From IMG/VR virus record IMGVR_UViG_3300001525_000355: DNA of 64,000 nucleotides; one strand, written 5' to 3'. Position numbers and translations under genes: made by a program. The notes beneath the pieces are model-generated. The model was not told where the DNA came from. It saw nothing but the letters and a program-made list of their open reading frames with translations, and ran no database searches. Source of the DNA: an uncultured virus (IMG/VR IMGVR_UViG_3300001525_000355) (Duplodnaviria; Heunggongvirae; Uroviricota; Caudoviricetes). Positions 9,662 through 19,026 of the stretch are shown here, piece after piece (the first letter of the stretch is position 1; every line of letters starts with the position of its first letter).

Positions 9662-9928
9662 TTAATTACTTCCGGCTATATCTTCTACTACTTTTAATGG
9701 AACTTTATTAAGCGCTTTTCTTCTCATTAATACTCTTAATATTCTAAGTTCCAAATATTTCTCATTAAGTAATTTTCTATATTCTGGACTATGAACAGGA
9801 TTATCTTTATCCGATTCAAGTCTTTTGATGATACCAGAAAGTTCAATAAAAGTTACATCATCTTTAGAAAACAAAGGTCTTTCAAAGAAATCTACAGATT
9901 CTGTTATGAATGTATACTGTTTCATCAC
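9662..9928 (-). CDS. putative internal head protein (MKQYTFITE leader)
   Basis: Leader motif; ATGA overlap with the upstream gene. Confidence 0.6.
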   Translation of the reverse strand: MMKQYTFITESVDFFERPLFSKDDVTFIELSGIIKRLESDKDNPVHSPEYRKLLNEKYLELRILRVLMRRKALNKVPLKVVEDIAGSN

Positions 9929-10362
9929 TTAATATCTATATATAATGAATAATAACCTTTACATTTACTACTCAATTTAAAACCACATTTTAAAGCACTC
10001 TTATAAGATGCTACATTGGAACTATCACATCTCCACCAAATCTTTTTAATACCAAGTTTTGGACAATCTTTAATACATTGTTTAATTAATTCTTGAGTAA
10101 TTCCTTTTCCTCTATATTTTGGAGATACTGCAAGAATTACAAATCCAATCTTATTATTGTTGTTATATGGATAAAGATCAATAAAACCCTTATTTTTAAT
10201 TACATGTCTATAGATGAGAAATTTTTTAGCATCAACATAAATTCCTCTTTTTGGACACACTAACCATTTTTCATCATCAGAAAGTGTATTAAAAATCTTT
10301 AAAGCATCTTCATAATTATTATCAGTATTGATAGCTTCTTGAAGAAAGGAATATTGTTTCAT
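9925..10362 (-). CDS. GNAT-family acetyltransferase with MKQYSFLQE leader
   Basis: LAVSPKYRGKGITQELI acetyl-CoA motif and NVASYKSALKCGF. Likely start is ATG10362, in a TAATG overlap with the upstream stop. Confidence 0.8.
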   Translation of the reverse strand: MKQYSFLQEAINTDNNYEDALKIFNTLSDDEKWLVCPKRGIYVDAKKFLIYRHVIKNKGFIDLYPYNNNNKIGFVILAVSPKYRGKGITQELIKQCIKDCPKLGIKKIWWRCDSSNVASYKSALKCGFKLSSKCKGYYSLYIDIK

Positions 10363-10619
10363 TAGAACTTTGTCCAATCTATTTTAGTAGGAAATGGCAA
10401 TCTAACATGAGAATCAATCAAATCGGTTAAAGCAACCCTTTTTTGAATCTTATCAAATTTCCCAGCTTTAATACCATCACCCATTAGTTTTAAATATTTC
10501 TTTTTTTGAGCCAATCGTGGATACTTCATTACATTATTCTTAATCATATTACGATTAACTCCATTTCCAAGTAATTTCTTCATACTTGAAAATTCTTGTA
10601 GAAAAGAATATTGTTTCAT
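10362..10619 (-). CDS. basic putative internal head protein (MKQYSFLQE leader)
   Basis: Leader motif; Lys/Arg-rich body. Confidence 0.6.
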   Translation of the reverse strand: MKQYSFLQEFSSMKKLLGNGVNRNMIKNNVMKYPRLAQKKKYLKLMGDGIKAGKFDKIQKRVALTDLIDSHVRLPFPTKIDWTKF

Positions 10620-10840
10620 AATCTTTCAAATGATCCGTCATTCATACCAATGACTGTTCCATCATTAAGTTTACATATTAATATATCATAACCATATTTT
10701 GGATCTTTTTCTATTTTTGAAACAATACCTTCTTTACCTCCATGAATACATCTCATTCCTCTTTTTACTCTAATCTTATCACCAACATTAAATCTATGTT
10801 GATATTCAATCGATTCAGTCAAAAAAGAATATTGTTTCAT
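10616..10840 (-). CDS. small SH3/KOW-like protein with MKQYSFLTE leader
   Basis: FNVGDKIRVK...GKEGIVSKI is a KOW-like pattern; likely start is ATG10840, right after the portal stop. Confidence 0.6.
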   Translation of the reverse strand: MKQYSFLTESIEYQHRFNVGDKIRVKRGMRCIHGGKEGIVSKIEKDPKYGYDILICKLNDGTVIGMNDGSFERL

Positions 10841-10841
10841 A

Positions 10842-12998
10842 TTAAAATCCTCCTGGCATTCCACCCATAGCTGGAGAAGTGCCCAAATTCATACCACCCA
10901 TCATATCACCACCATTATTAACAGTATCATTCAATTCAGCATCCAATTTTTCACTTGCGATGGCGTTTTCAATTTCATTCCATTCGAGATCAGGAAGGAA
11001 CTTTCTCTGTAAATAACTCTTTGGAATACCCATACCATTATAGGCATCCATATTTCTTTGCATTGCTTCAAGGTATTCAGATTTAGCTGTATTTGGAAGA
11101 ACTTTTGGTTCACTAAATGTAATCTGAATTCTACTCAATATATCAGCTTCTAAATCACCAAAGATCAATCTATAGACTTTAGTAATCAATTCTTGCATTG
11201 GAATTGATAATTCCTTTTGATCATCAATAATAGTTCTACAGAATGAAATTGACTCTGTTGTAGCTGAAGATCTATTCGATTGGTTTTCCTCCAACCCGAC
11301 AAAAATTGGTGGAACGCCCAGGTTGGCGACGATACCGTCTCTCATTTGTTTCTGATTGTCAGTATCATTTGAAGTATCACCACCCCAATTTTGATGATCA
11401 ATTTCTACAAATTTCTTACCATCTTTCATTGGTAAGAATATAGTTTCAAGAGTAGAAATCTGAGATGGTATGGTATCAATTGCACCCATTGATCCAATGG
11501 AAACTCTTTTCTTGGTAAGAATTTCTTCCATCTTCTGAACTACATTCTTGGCATCTCTTGGTAAACCAACTTCGACACTTACAAATCTTTTATCAGTACA
11601 AGCATTAATCTTCTTAATGGCTGCAGCAGTCTTCAACGCCATTAATAACTTGCAATCATACAAACTACTATCAAGAATAGATTCGCCATATGGTGCATAT
11701 TTAGAAACATTGATTCTAAAATGCTCCATATATTCTGGTGCTACATATCTAACCTTAAGATCTTCATTTCTTTTAATCTTAGTAAGATGAACAAGAAGAA
11801 CTTTTCTAATATCATCACTAATCTTAATGTTATCTTTTCCATTAAGTTTAAGTTTGGATTCAATATCACCCAAGAAATTTGCACATATGGAATCTATATT
11901 AGTATTGACACCCTGTGACATTAAAGTAGTGGGATCTACTTTAGGAAATACCAAGAAACCAAGACAAACTTTAAATCTTTCAGTTTCAAGACGAATTACA
12001 TATCTTGGATTGTGAATTACAATATTTACATCCTTGATATCCAATCTATTCTCATCTTCTTTTTTATCGTCTTGATTTTCTGAATTACTGTATTTGGATT
12101 TAAACTTATCATCATTTACACCATTGGTAGTATGGCTATCTTTTGATTTACAATTGTCAACAATACCACCAACATCCTTTACCATTTGACTACCGGTACC
12201 ATAGGGAGTCAATACATCGGATGACATACTACCCAATACACCACCAAATCCAAAACCAGATGAAGGAACAATTGCTTCAGTCAAGATGTTATTTTTGATA
12301 TCATCTTCTATGACAGATTCATCAACAATAATTCTTATATCTTTGGACTCAGTAACATTCTTTTCATCAGTTGTCTCCAATGTTACTTTTGTTTCAGAAA
12401 TAACCTTGCTATCTCTAAATGCATTATAATCCATTCCTTCATTGATAACAACTAATGCATTTTTACCTTTTGGTACAGGAACAATTTCAACAAAATTATC
12501 ACCATATTTTAAAGTATCAAAAACAAGATTCTTAATCTTATTTTCTAATTTAAAATGTCTAATGATTTCTTTAATTCTTGTAATGGCAATATCAATTTTG
12601 GTTTCTTTTGAATTTCTGTCAATAGGAATTACTTGCAATGCATACTTTAAAATATCATCAGGTGCTATAATATGATCAGTAAGAACCTTAATGGCTCTTT
12701 GAACATATGCTATCTTTGTACAAACAGCATCATATTCTGCATATCTTGCAACTCTTCCTGTTTGATCAAAATTCTGTACTTGTGGAGTACCCTGATCCAA
12801 TTGTTTAATTACAGAATTATCTCTTGACATTCCAGATGAAGAAACTAAATTCTTCATTGATTCAAGATACTTATTAGTATCACTATTGGAAGAATATTGA
12901 GAAATGGATTCTAATGATCTATCAATAATACCATCAATAGCATTAGACTTTACACCAATAATGGTTTCTTTAATTGCATCTATTAAATTTGAAGCCAT
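10842..12998 (-). CDS. portal protein (T4 gp20-like)
   Basis: RYAEYDAVC, LKYGDNFVEI, PYGESILD, RFVSVEVG and ANLGVPPIFVG motifs; Met/Gly-rich C-terminal tail; lies in the head module. Confidence 0.88.
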   Translation of the reverse strand: MASNLIDAIKETIIGVKSNAIDGIIDRSLESISQYSSNSDTNKYLESMKNLVSSSGMSRDNSVIKQLDQGTPQVQNFDQTGRVARYAEYDAVCTKIAYVQRAIKVLTDHIIAPDDILKYALQVIPIDRNSKETKIDIAITRIKEIIRHFKLENKIKNLVFDTLKYGDNFVEIVPVPKGKNALVVINEGMDYNAFRDSKVISETKVTLETTDEKNVTESKDIRIIVDESVIEDDIKNNILTEAIVPSSGFGFGGVLGSMSSDVLTPYGTGSQMVKDVGGIVDNCKSKDSHTTNGVNDDKFKSKYSNSENQDDKKEDENRLDIKDVNIVIHNPRYVIRLETERFKVCLGFLVFPKVDPTTLMSQGVNTNIDSICANFLGDIESKLKLNGKDNIKISDDIRKVLLVHLTKIKRNEDLKVRYVAPEYMEHFRINVSKYAPYGESILDSSLYDCKLLMALKTAAAIKKINACTDKRFVSVEVGLPRDAKNVVQKMEEILTKKRVSIGSMGAIDTIPSQISTLETIFLPMKDGKKFVEIDHQNWGGDTSNDTDNQKQMRDGIVANLGVPPIFVGLEENQSNRSSATTESISFCRTIIDDQKELSIPMQELITKVYRLIFGDLEADILSRIQITFSEPKVLPNTAKSEYLEAMQRNMDAYNGMGIPKSYLQRKFLPDLEWNEIENAIASEKLDAELNDTVNNGGDMMGGMNLGTSPAMGGMPGGF

Positions 12999-13012
12999 AA
13001 TTCTTTAAAACC

Positions 13013-13414
13013 TTAATTAGTCTCATCAGCAGTTTTAATAATCTTAGCAATGCCATCATCAGCAAATCGTTTTCTGATGAAACATACCATATAATTTATT
13101 GCGCATTCCCGAGATCCAAAAAATTTACAAATTATATCTTCGTTTGTCTGACCCAAAAGAAGGATTGTTTGTTTTACAAAATTTCTTTCTATGGTTTCTT
13201 TCTCATCTGAAGGTATATTCTTCACACCTTCACTAACATAAGTGATCAAACTATTTTGATATATAAGATCATATGATTTTTCAAGAAATAATTCAAAAAG
13301 ACAAATTACATCTTTATATCTATAAAACAGATTGTATTTGATATATGATCTAACACATATACACAAGAAAAGTAATAATAAAAACAGAAATGCAGAAAGA
13401 ATAATAGAATTCAT
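13013..13414 (-). CDS. hypothetical membrane protein
   Basis: N-terminal hydrophobic segment IILSAFLFLLLLFLCICV; AAGGA RBS. Confidence 0.65.
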   Translation of the reverse strand: MNSIILSAFLFLLLLFLCICVRSYIKYNLFYRYKDVICLFELFLEKSYDLIYQNSLITYVSEGVKNIPSDEKETIERNFVKQTILLLGQTNEDIICKFFGSRECAINYMVCFIRKRFADDGIAKIIKTADETN

Positions 13415-13444
13415 TTTAAATCCTTGTAAAAATTGGTGTAGAAA

Positions 13445-13490
13445 ATACCGAACGGAATCTAATTTTTGTTAAATTGATTCCGTTCGGTAT
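13445..13490 (-). terminator. stem-loop downstream of the acidic protein gene
   Basis: ATACCGAACGGAATC...GATTCCGTTCGGTAT is a perfect 15-bp inverted repeat. Confidence 0.7.
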
Positions 13491-13508
13491 CTTCTATAAT
13501 GAGATTAA

Positions 13509-14930
13509 TTAATCCTCAGATTCGAGATCATCAGACTCATAACTCATATAACCCTCTTCAGTGGACTCATTGAATGATCTAATGAGGGATTCCATCACTG
13601 ACTCATTGGTAGTGTCAGAAGCAACGACCTGGGAATCGATATCAAGGACAGGATCCTTCTTCTCGTCCTCAGTCTCTTCTGTATTGTCAGCAGGGGCTTC
13701 ATTGGGATCTTGAGCAGGATCCTCTGAATTCTGACTTTCATCTTCTGGCTTCTCTGGTTCAGCAGCAGGAACTTTCTTCTCTGGCTCGGCAGTAGCAGGA
13801 ACTTCATTTGGATCTACTGTGGGATCCTCTGCATCCTCATATACCTCGCCATCTCTATCGATTTCCTCTGCAGGAACATCAGCATCACCAGAAGCACCAT
13901 CGGCGAGAAGTGCATCATCACCAGTCTGCTCTACTTCATCAAGGGTTGAATCATCAACATCCTCTTCAGTAACATCGGTCTCGTCACCCTCTTCATCATC
14001 TTCAGGAAGCTCTTCCTCTGACTCCTCGTCATCGGTATCAGGCTCATCCTCGGGAAGTTCCTCATCCTCTTCCTCTGTTACATCAGACTCATCGTCTTCA
14101 GGAAGTTCCTCATCCTCTGACTCCTCGTCAGTATCAGGCTCATCTTCAGGAAGCTCTTCGTCATCTTCACAGCAATTGGATTCTTCGGTTTCATCCTCTG
14201 GGAGTTCCTCATCTTCAGGAAGCTCTTCCTCTGACTCCTCGTCATCATCGAGCTCATCTTCAGGGAGTTCCTCATCATCCTCTGTGACTTCAGGATTATC
14301 TTCTACTGAATCATCAGTAACGACTTTCGTTTCATCGTCATCATCACATTCAGTGCATTCATCATCCTCGTCATCAGTATCAGGCTCATCTTCAGGGAAT
14401 TCCTCATCATCCTCAGTGACACCTTCATCTTCATCAGGATCAGAAGTTTCCTCTTCATCTTCCTCTTCTTCATCTTCGGGAAGATCTTCAAGATCCTCAT
14501 CACCTTCAAGAATGAATGATTCATCAAGCTTGTTATCTTCAGCATCATCCTGAATAGAGGTCTTGAATTCATCCTTCTGACCAGGATTGGGCTCACAACC
14601 AGCATCATCATCGATCACATCAGCGATGTCCTGAATCTTGGCATTCTGAATAGTATCAGGAAGATCAACGGCGATCTCAGAATCACCCTGAGCCTCATGT
14701 TCATCATCGTTCTCGCGAATCAGAGGACGATCATTATCCTGAGCATCATAAATACGACCAAGAACAGAAATGGCCGACTCAGCATCACGAACCTTTGAAA
14801 TGTCATCAGCTACAGTCATTTTCTTTGCTGAAGCAAGAACCTTATCAGCTGGTGACTTGAATACTTCGATTTTCTTGATATCAGCTACTGCTGACTCAAT
14901 CAGAAGATTTTTATAAGTATTTCTTGTCAT
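13509..14930 (-). CDS. extremely acidic repeat protein, putative prohead scaffold/core
   Basis: Repeated EDDEELPEDEPDTDDE units; many (L/I/V)xE sites (LIE, IRE, ILE, VTE, VME); high-expression codon usage; near the portal gene. Confidence 0.6.
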   Translation of the reverse strand: MTRNTYKNLLIESAVADIKKIEVFKSPADKVLASAKKMTVADDISKVRDAESAISVLGRIYDAQDNDRPLIRENDDEHEAQGDSEIAVDLPDTIQNAKIQDIADVIDDDAGCEPNPGQKDEFKTSIQDDAEDNKLDESFILEGDEDLEDLPEDEEEEDEEETSDPDEDEGVTEDDEEFPEDEPDTDDEDDECTECDDDDETKVVTDDSVEDNPEVTEDDEELPEDELDDDEESEEELPEDEELPEDETEESNCCEDDEELPEDEPDTDEESEDEELPEDDESDVTEEEDEELPEDEPDTDDEESEEELPEDDEEGDETDVTEEDVDDSTLDEVEQTGDDALLADGASGDADVPAEEIDRDGEVYEDAEDPTVDPNEVPATAEPEKKVPAAEPEKPEDESQNSEDPAQDPNEAPADNTEETEDEKKDPVLDIDSQVVASDTTNESVMESLIRSFNESTEEGYMSYESDDLESED

Positions 14931-15012
14931 TGTTTAAAACCTTTATAAAATTTTGGATACGACTATTATCTACGCAGTTATTATTTTTTCAGGTTAAATA
15001 ACATCTCGTGTT

Positions 15013-16554
15013 TCACAAGAAATTCATACCTGAAGGTATATCTTTTTCAAACTTTTCTCTCATTCTTCCAATTGTTGCATCAATATCAAATTCATCTCTA
15101 GTTAAATCCCGAGCATCAATATCAAGACAATCAGAAGAATTGCTTTGTTTAATGAGAAACTTACTAAATATTGCCTTAAATCCAATAGACCTATCTTTTG
15201 CGCCAGATCTATTTTTCTTAATAGTAAGTATCAATTCATTCTCATCATTATAAGAATCTCTGAGATTTCCAGTCTTTTCATTTTCTTGATCTTTAGTTTG
15301 GAACAATGCAACAAAGTCAGCATTATCAACTTTCTTCATTGACTCTCCAACATTAGCCAAAGTCATCTGTTCCTTACTATTATATGAACTTCTTGTCAAT
15401 TGAGTAACTGTCAAAACTGGACATCTCATTAAAACAGCCATAACTTTCAGATCCATAGTTATATCACCCAACTCAAGACGATAAGCATCATAATTGGTTG
15501 TCTTATTTGCTTTCATCAGATCCAAATAGTCAACATAAATACCCTTTATACTTGCATTTTTATTGCTTGCTTTTATCTGATCACACATACCGATAATATC
15601 AGTAGATGTTGTCATCTGTGGTTTTTTATAAATGAATACTATATTACAACCATTATTTGCCAACCAATTCTTAATGACGGATTGAATCTTTTCTTTTTCA
15701 TTATCATAATTATTAATAACATCTTTTGTTGTCTGTTCAGTCAAACAACAATAAAGACGCATCAATGTTTCATCAATTAAGTTTTCAAGAGTTACATATA
15801 TAAAAGTTGGAACTTCACCATCTCTTTTTTTACAATTCTCAACTGCATTTTTTACCAAATTAATAAGCATTACAGATTTACCACCACCAGATGTCGCTCC
15901 AAAGATATACAGACGGGCAGGGGCGAAACCCCCATTAATGTGTCCATCAAGTTCTGAATAACCACTGGGGACCGAATCTAAACCAGAATAGCTAACCTTA
16001 ATCTGATTAATGACTGGACTAAAATCATCATTAGTCAAATCAAGTTGAGTAATACTATTTAGATCTCTATCTCTCTGTTTTCTAATAATATCAGTTTGGA
16101 TATTATTAATAATGGATTGCCAATCTTTTAATGCATCATCAAGATTTGAATAATCATTATTTCTATACTTAGTAAGAAATGTATCAAGTTGCTTTCCGCC
16201 ATCATCAATCTGTAGATACATCTTTCTTACAGAAATAGCATCTACAGCTTTTAATATACGCTCCGGTTCAAGCTTTCTTTCACTCAAACCAATGATATAA
16301 TCAGTAATATCTTTAAAATGACCAGAAACTTGTGCAAAATCTAATAAATGAGCACAATCACATTTATGATCATTTAATTTTTCATTACATAAAACTTGAC
16401 ATAATTCAAACTTTTTTCTGAACAGAATTGGTATATCTTCTTTCTTTTGATTATTGATAATTACAGAGATATCCCTTACTACTGCGGGTGTAACAGCGTC
16501 ATTATCAGATAAAATCAAAAGATTACAAAGATTTACCAACTGTTCAGTTATCAT
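15013..16554 (-). CDS. dnaB: replicative DnaB-like helicase (T4 gp41-like)
   Basis: Walker A ATSGGGKS, YVTLEN, YVDYLD, TVTQLTR and KKNRSG motifs. Confidence 0.92.
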   Translation of the reverse strand: MITEQLVNLCNLLILSDNDAVTPAVVRDISVIINNQKKEDIPILFRKKFELCQVLCNEKLNDHKCDCAHLLDFAQVSGHFKDITDYIIGLSERKLEPERILKAVDAISVRKMYLQIDDGGKQLDTFLTKYRNNDYSNLDDALKDWQSIINNIQTDIIRKQRDRDLNSITQLDLTNDDFSPVINQIKVSYSGLDSVPSGYSELDGHINGGFAPARLYIFGATSGGGKSVMLINLVKNAVENCKKRDGEVPTFIYVTLENLIDETLMRLYCCLTEQTTKDVINNYDNEKEKIQSVIKNWLANNGCNIVFIYKKPQMTTSTDIIGMCDQIKASNKNASIKGIYVDYLDLMKANKTTNYDAYRLELGDITMDLKVMAVLMRCPVLTVTQLTRSSYNSKEQMTLANVGESMKKVDNADFVALFQTKDQENEKTGNLRDSYNDENELILTIKKNRSGAKDRSIGFKAIFSKFLIKQSNSSDCLDIDARDLTRDEFDIDATIGRMREKFEKDIPSGMNFL

Positions 16555-16560
16555 GATACA

Positions 16561-17982
16561 TTAAAACTCCAATTGACCATTATCGAACATGGAAGAAATA
16601 TCATCAGCACTCATAAATTTCTGAATGATATGCCTATTATATTCTCTATCTATATCTCTCATTACATTCAATGATTTAGTAACACTATTGGATTTGACTT
16701 GCATCTTCTTAGAAAGTTTACCTTCATTAAACTTTCTGGAGATTTCCAAACAAGCATCTCTAAATTCATCAAGTTTACCATTCTCATATAACGGATAAAC
16801 CTGTTTAACATAATCTTTACAAATATCCTCAAGATCTTTGTAAATTCTCATGATATGCATCATAAGCCACATATGAATGTGTCTTTCAAATGTACCACGT
16901 TCATCATCATAGATTGGATGCTTATCAGGATTAATTTCCTTCATACCATAAGCAGAAGCCATTTCATTGATTCTATCATAAATACAATCTTGAATTGACT
17001 TTTCTCCATCAAATTTCAAATGAAGAGTTTGAGATCTAAGATCAGCCTTGACCAATGTTCCATCTTTCTTAAACAATGGAGCAAATCTACCAACAGCCAA
17101 CCCCTTGAAGATTGCACTACTATCATAAGTAATATTACAATCTATATCATGAACTTTCTTAATATGATGACTAAACAGATTATGATAAAAAATATCTATA
17201 TAGTTTGCACCACCAAGAACGTGGAAGTCAAACTTCTTAATACCCTTCTGCTTACAATAAAGAACAAGTTCACTCAACGGAATAGAATACAGAATAATCG
17301 GAATTGCAAGATCCGTTGCTGCATTTGCAACCAAACCGCCAACAGAGAAGTTAGTGAACCCATCAGGTAAATCTTCATCCCAAATAAACTTACTCCAACA
17401 ATCATACAAACAGGGGGTTCTGAACTGATAAACCCAAAGAACCTTATCCTTTACTTCTTGAGGAAGTTCAGTAAACTTTGTATAAGACTGTCTATTGAGT
17501 TCTTCAACTTGATTATAAGACGCAAATACAGAACTATTTGGACCAGGCGGTAAGTCCAAAGAAAATGCTCTTTGATATTTAGAAACATTATCCTTCAGAA
17601 ATCCACAATACATATCCATAAACTTCGGCATATCTTCAGTCTTCAATGCACCCATAGCAACCTGGAAGCCACCCGAGTCAATATAAAGAGTACAATCATC
17701 CATAAATGAAGAAGACCTAAACATATCAACAGTCTTTACAATCTTATCTACATGATTGTCACGAATCTTCTGAGATTTATAATCCAAACCAGTACCAAAT
17801 GAAAATAGAAAACGATCAATACTATTGTGCAAGAAAGTCTTGTACTGCTGATCATCAAAAATCTTATCCCAATTATGCTTTTCAAGAAAAGCACTAAATA
17901 AACTACAAATGGTATCACCACCAGCAATTACATAATTGCTAAAACCGGAATGCCATTTATCCTGAACAATTTGATTTGACAT
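16561..17982 (-). CDS. dpdA: DpdA-like / queuine tRNA-ribosyltransferase-fold base-exchange transglycosylase
   Basis: YIDSGGFQ, FSLDLPP, FSVGGLV, FHVLGG and ITYDSS TGT-barrel motifs; no CxCxxC Zn site seen; inside the replisome operon; queC and queE are in the same window. Confidence 0.75.
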   Translation of the reverse strand: MSNQIVQDKWHSGFSNYVIAGGDTICSLFSAFLEKHNWDKIFDDQQYKTFLHNSIDRFLFSFGTGLDYKSQKIRDNHVDKIVKTVDMFRSSSFMDDCTLYIDSGGFQVAMGALKTEDMPKFMDMYCGFLKDNVSKYQRAFSLDLPPGPNSSVFASYNQVEELNRQSYTKFTELPQEVKDKVLWVYQFRTPCLYDCWSKFIWDEDLPDGFTNFSVGGLVANAATDLAIPIILYSIPLSELVLYCKQKGIKKFDFHVLGGANYIDIFYHNLFSHHIKKVHDIDCNITYDSSAIFKGLAVGRFAPLFKKDGTLVKADLRSQTLHLKFDGEKSIQDCIYDRINEMASAYGMKEINPDKHPIYDDERGTFERHIHMWLMMHIMRIYKDLEDICKDYVKQVYPLYENGKLDEFRDACLEISRKFNEGKLSKKMQVKSNSVTKSLNVMRDIDREYNRHIIQKFMSADDISSMFDNGQLEF

Positions 17983-18008
17983 GTTATTTCCTTCCTAAAG
18001 TGGTTGAA

Positions 18009-18053
18009 GTGCGTCGATATAAATACCTATAACGTATATTTATATCGACGCAC
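18009..18053. terminator. perfect 17-bp inverted repeat between the clamp and dpdA genes
   Basis: GTGCGTCGATATAAATA-11 nt-TATTTATATCGACGCAC. Confidence 0.6.
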
Positions 18054-18077
18054 GACGTCATGAATCAACTAATATTA

Positions 18078-18986
18078 TTAACCAATCGGAGCAAACTTCA
18101 TCTTAGAATACAAAACAAATGGAATACCATAGTGATTCAATTCAGACTTGCACATAGCAAGTTCACCACCCAATTTATAACAAGAAATCTTGACATCGGA
18201 AACAATGTTAAGAGTAAGGGGCATATTGATCATAGTAAACATCTTGTTATCAATCTGCTGAAGAAGAGGAATCTGAGTAGTGTTCTTCGAAGTCTCTTCC
18301 TTACTCTTGGTTTCAATACCAAGATTTGCATGATCGCCATGAAACTCAAATTTGACACTATCAACTCTGAATCCATTACAAATAGCAGAAAGACGCTGTT
18401 TGAGATAGGGAGTAATAGTATAAGTGAAAATCATGGCATCTTCATTACAACCATTAATCAAAGATTGGAATTCACTATCTTCGATATACGGATTATCAAG
18501 AAACTTCGGTGCAGGTCTTCTGAATGCCATTTTTGAAAAGCAATCAGTAAACTCATACTTCTGCATATCAGATTGAAGAATAATACTATTAGTATCACCC
18601 TCTGCCTGAATATTGGCATCAACTTCAAAAGTTCTCAAAAGATTAAGACGAGACTTGAGAAGAGAAATGAGAAGATTCTTATCTTGGAAGATAGAAGTAA
18701 GATTAATATCAAGAATAGTCTTATTGTTATTAGTCTTAGCTCTAATAATACCTTCACGAATTTCTACGTCATTACAAATATCCTGAATGATAGCAAGAGT
18801 ACCAAGCATCTTTGAAAAATCAGGACGATTGAATGTAATCGTATAAACATCATTAGATTCAGCAGAATTACTCACGCTGCTAACAGGCGTAGATAAATCA
18901 GCAGAATTATCAATACCATTATTATTTGCCATAGATTCAAGAGACTGACCACCAAGATCGAGATCGTCCAAAAGACCGTCTATCAT
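18078..18986 (-). CDS. putative DNA sliding clamp (T4 gp45-like)
   Basis: About 260-aa alpha/beta body after an acidic N-terminal tail; located in the replisome cluster with the clamp loader; high-expression codons. No diagnostic motif. Confidence 0.5.
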   Translation of the reverse strand: MIDGLLDDLDLGGQSLESMANNNGIDNSADLSTPVSSVSNSAESNDVYTITFNRPDFSKMLGTLAIIQDICNDVEIREGIIRAKTNNNKTILDINLTSIFQDKNLLISLLKSRLNLLRTFEVDANIQAEGDTNSIILQSDMQKYEFTDCFSKMAFRRPAPKFLDNPYIEDSEFQSLINGCNEDAMIFTYTITPYLKQRLSAICNGFRVDSVKFEFHGDHANLGIETKSKEETSKNTTQIPLLQQIDNKMFTMINMPLTLNIVSDVKISCYKLGGELAMCKSELNHYGIPFVLYSKMKFAPIG

Positions 18987-19026
18987 ATTGGGTTTCCTTC
19001 AATTTGAGTTATTATTTTAACGAAAT

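Noticed and set aside
13819..14553. 244-aa Ser-rich plus-strand ORF
   Set aside because: Antisense shadow of the Asp/Glu codon repeats in the acidic protein gene.
18009..18053. T4 late promoter TATAAATA on both arms of the palindrome
   Set aside because: The duplication follows from the inverted repeat, the motif was not noticed upstream of structural genes, and the flanking genes are replication genes.
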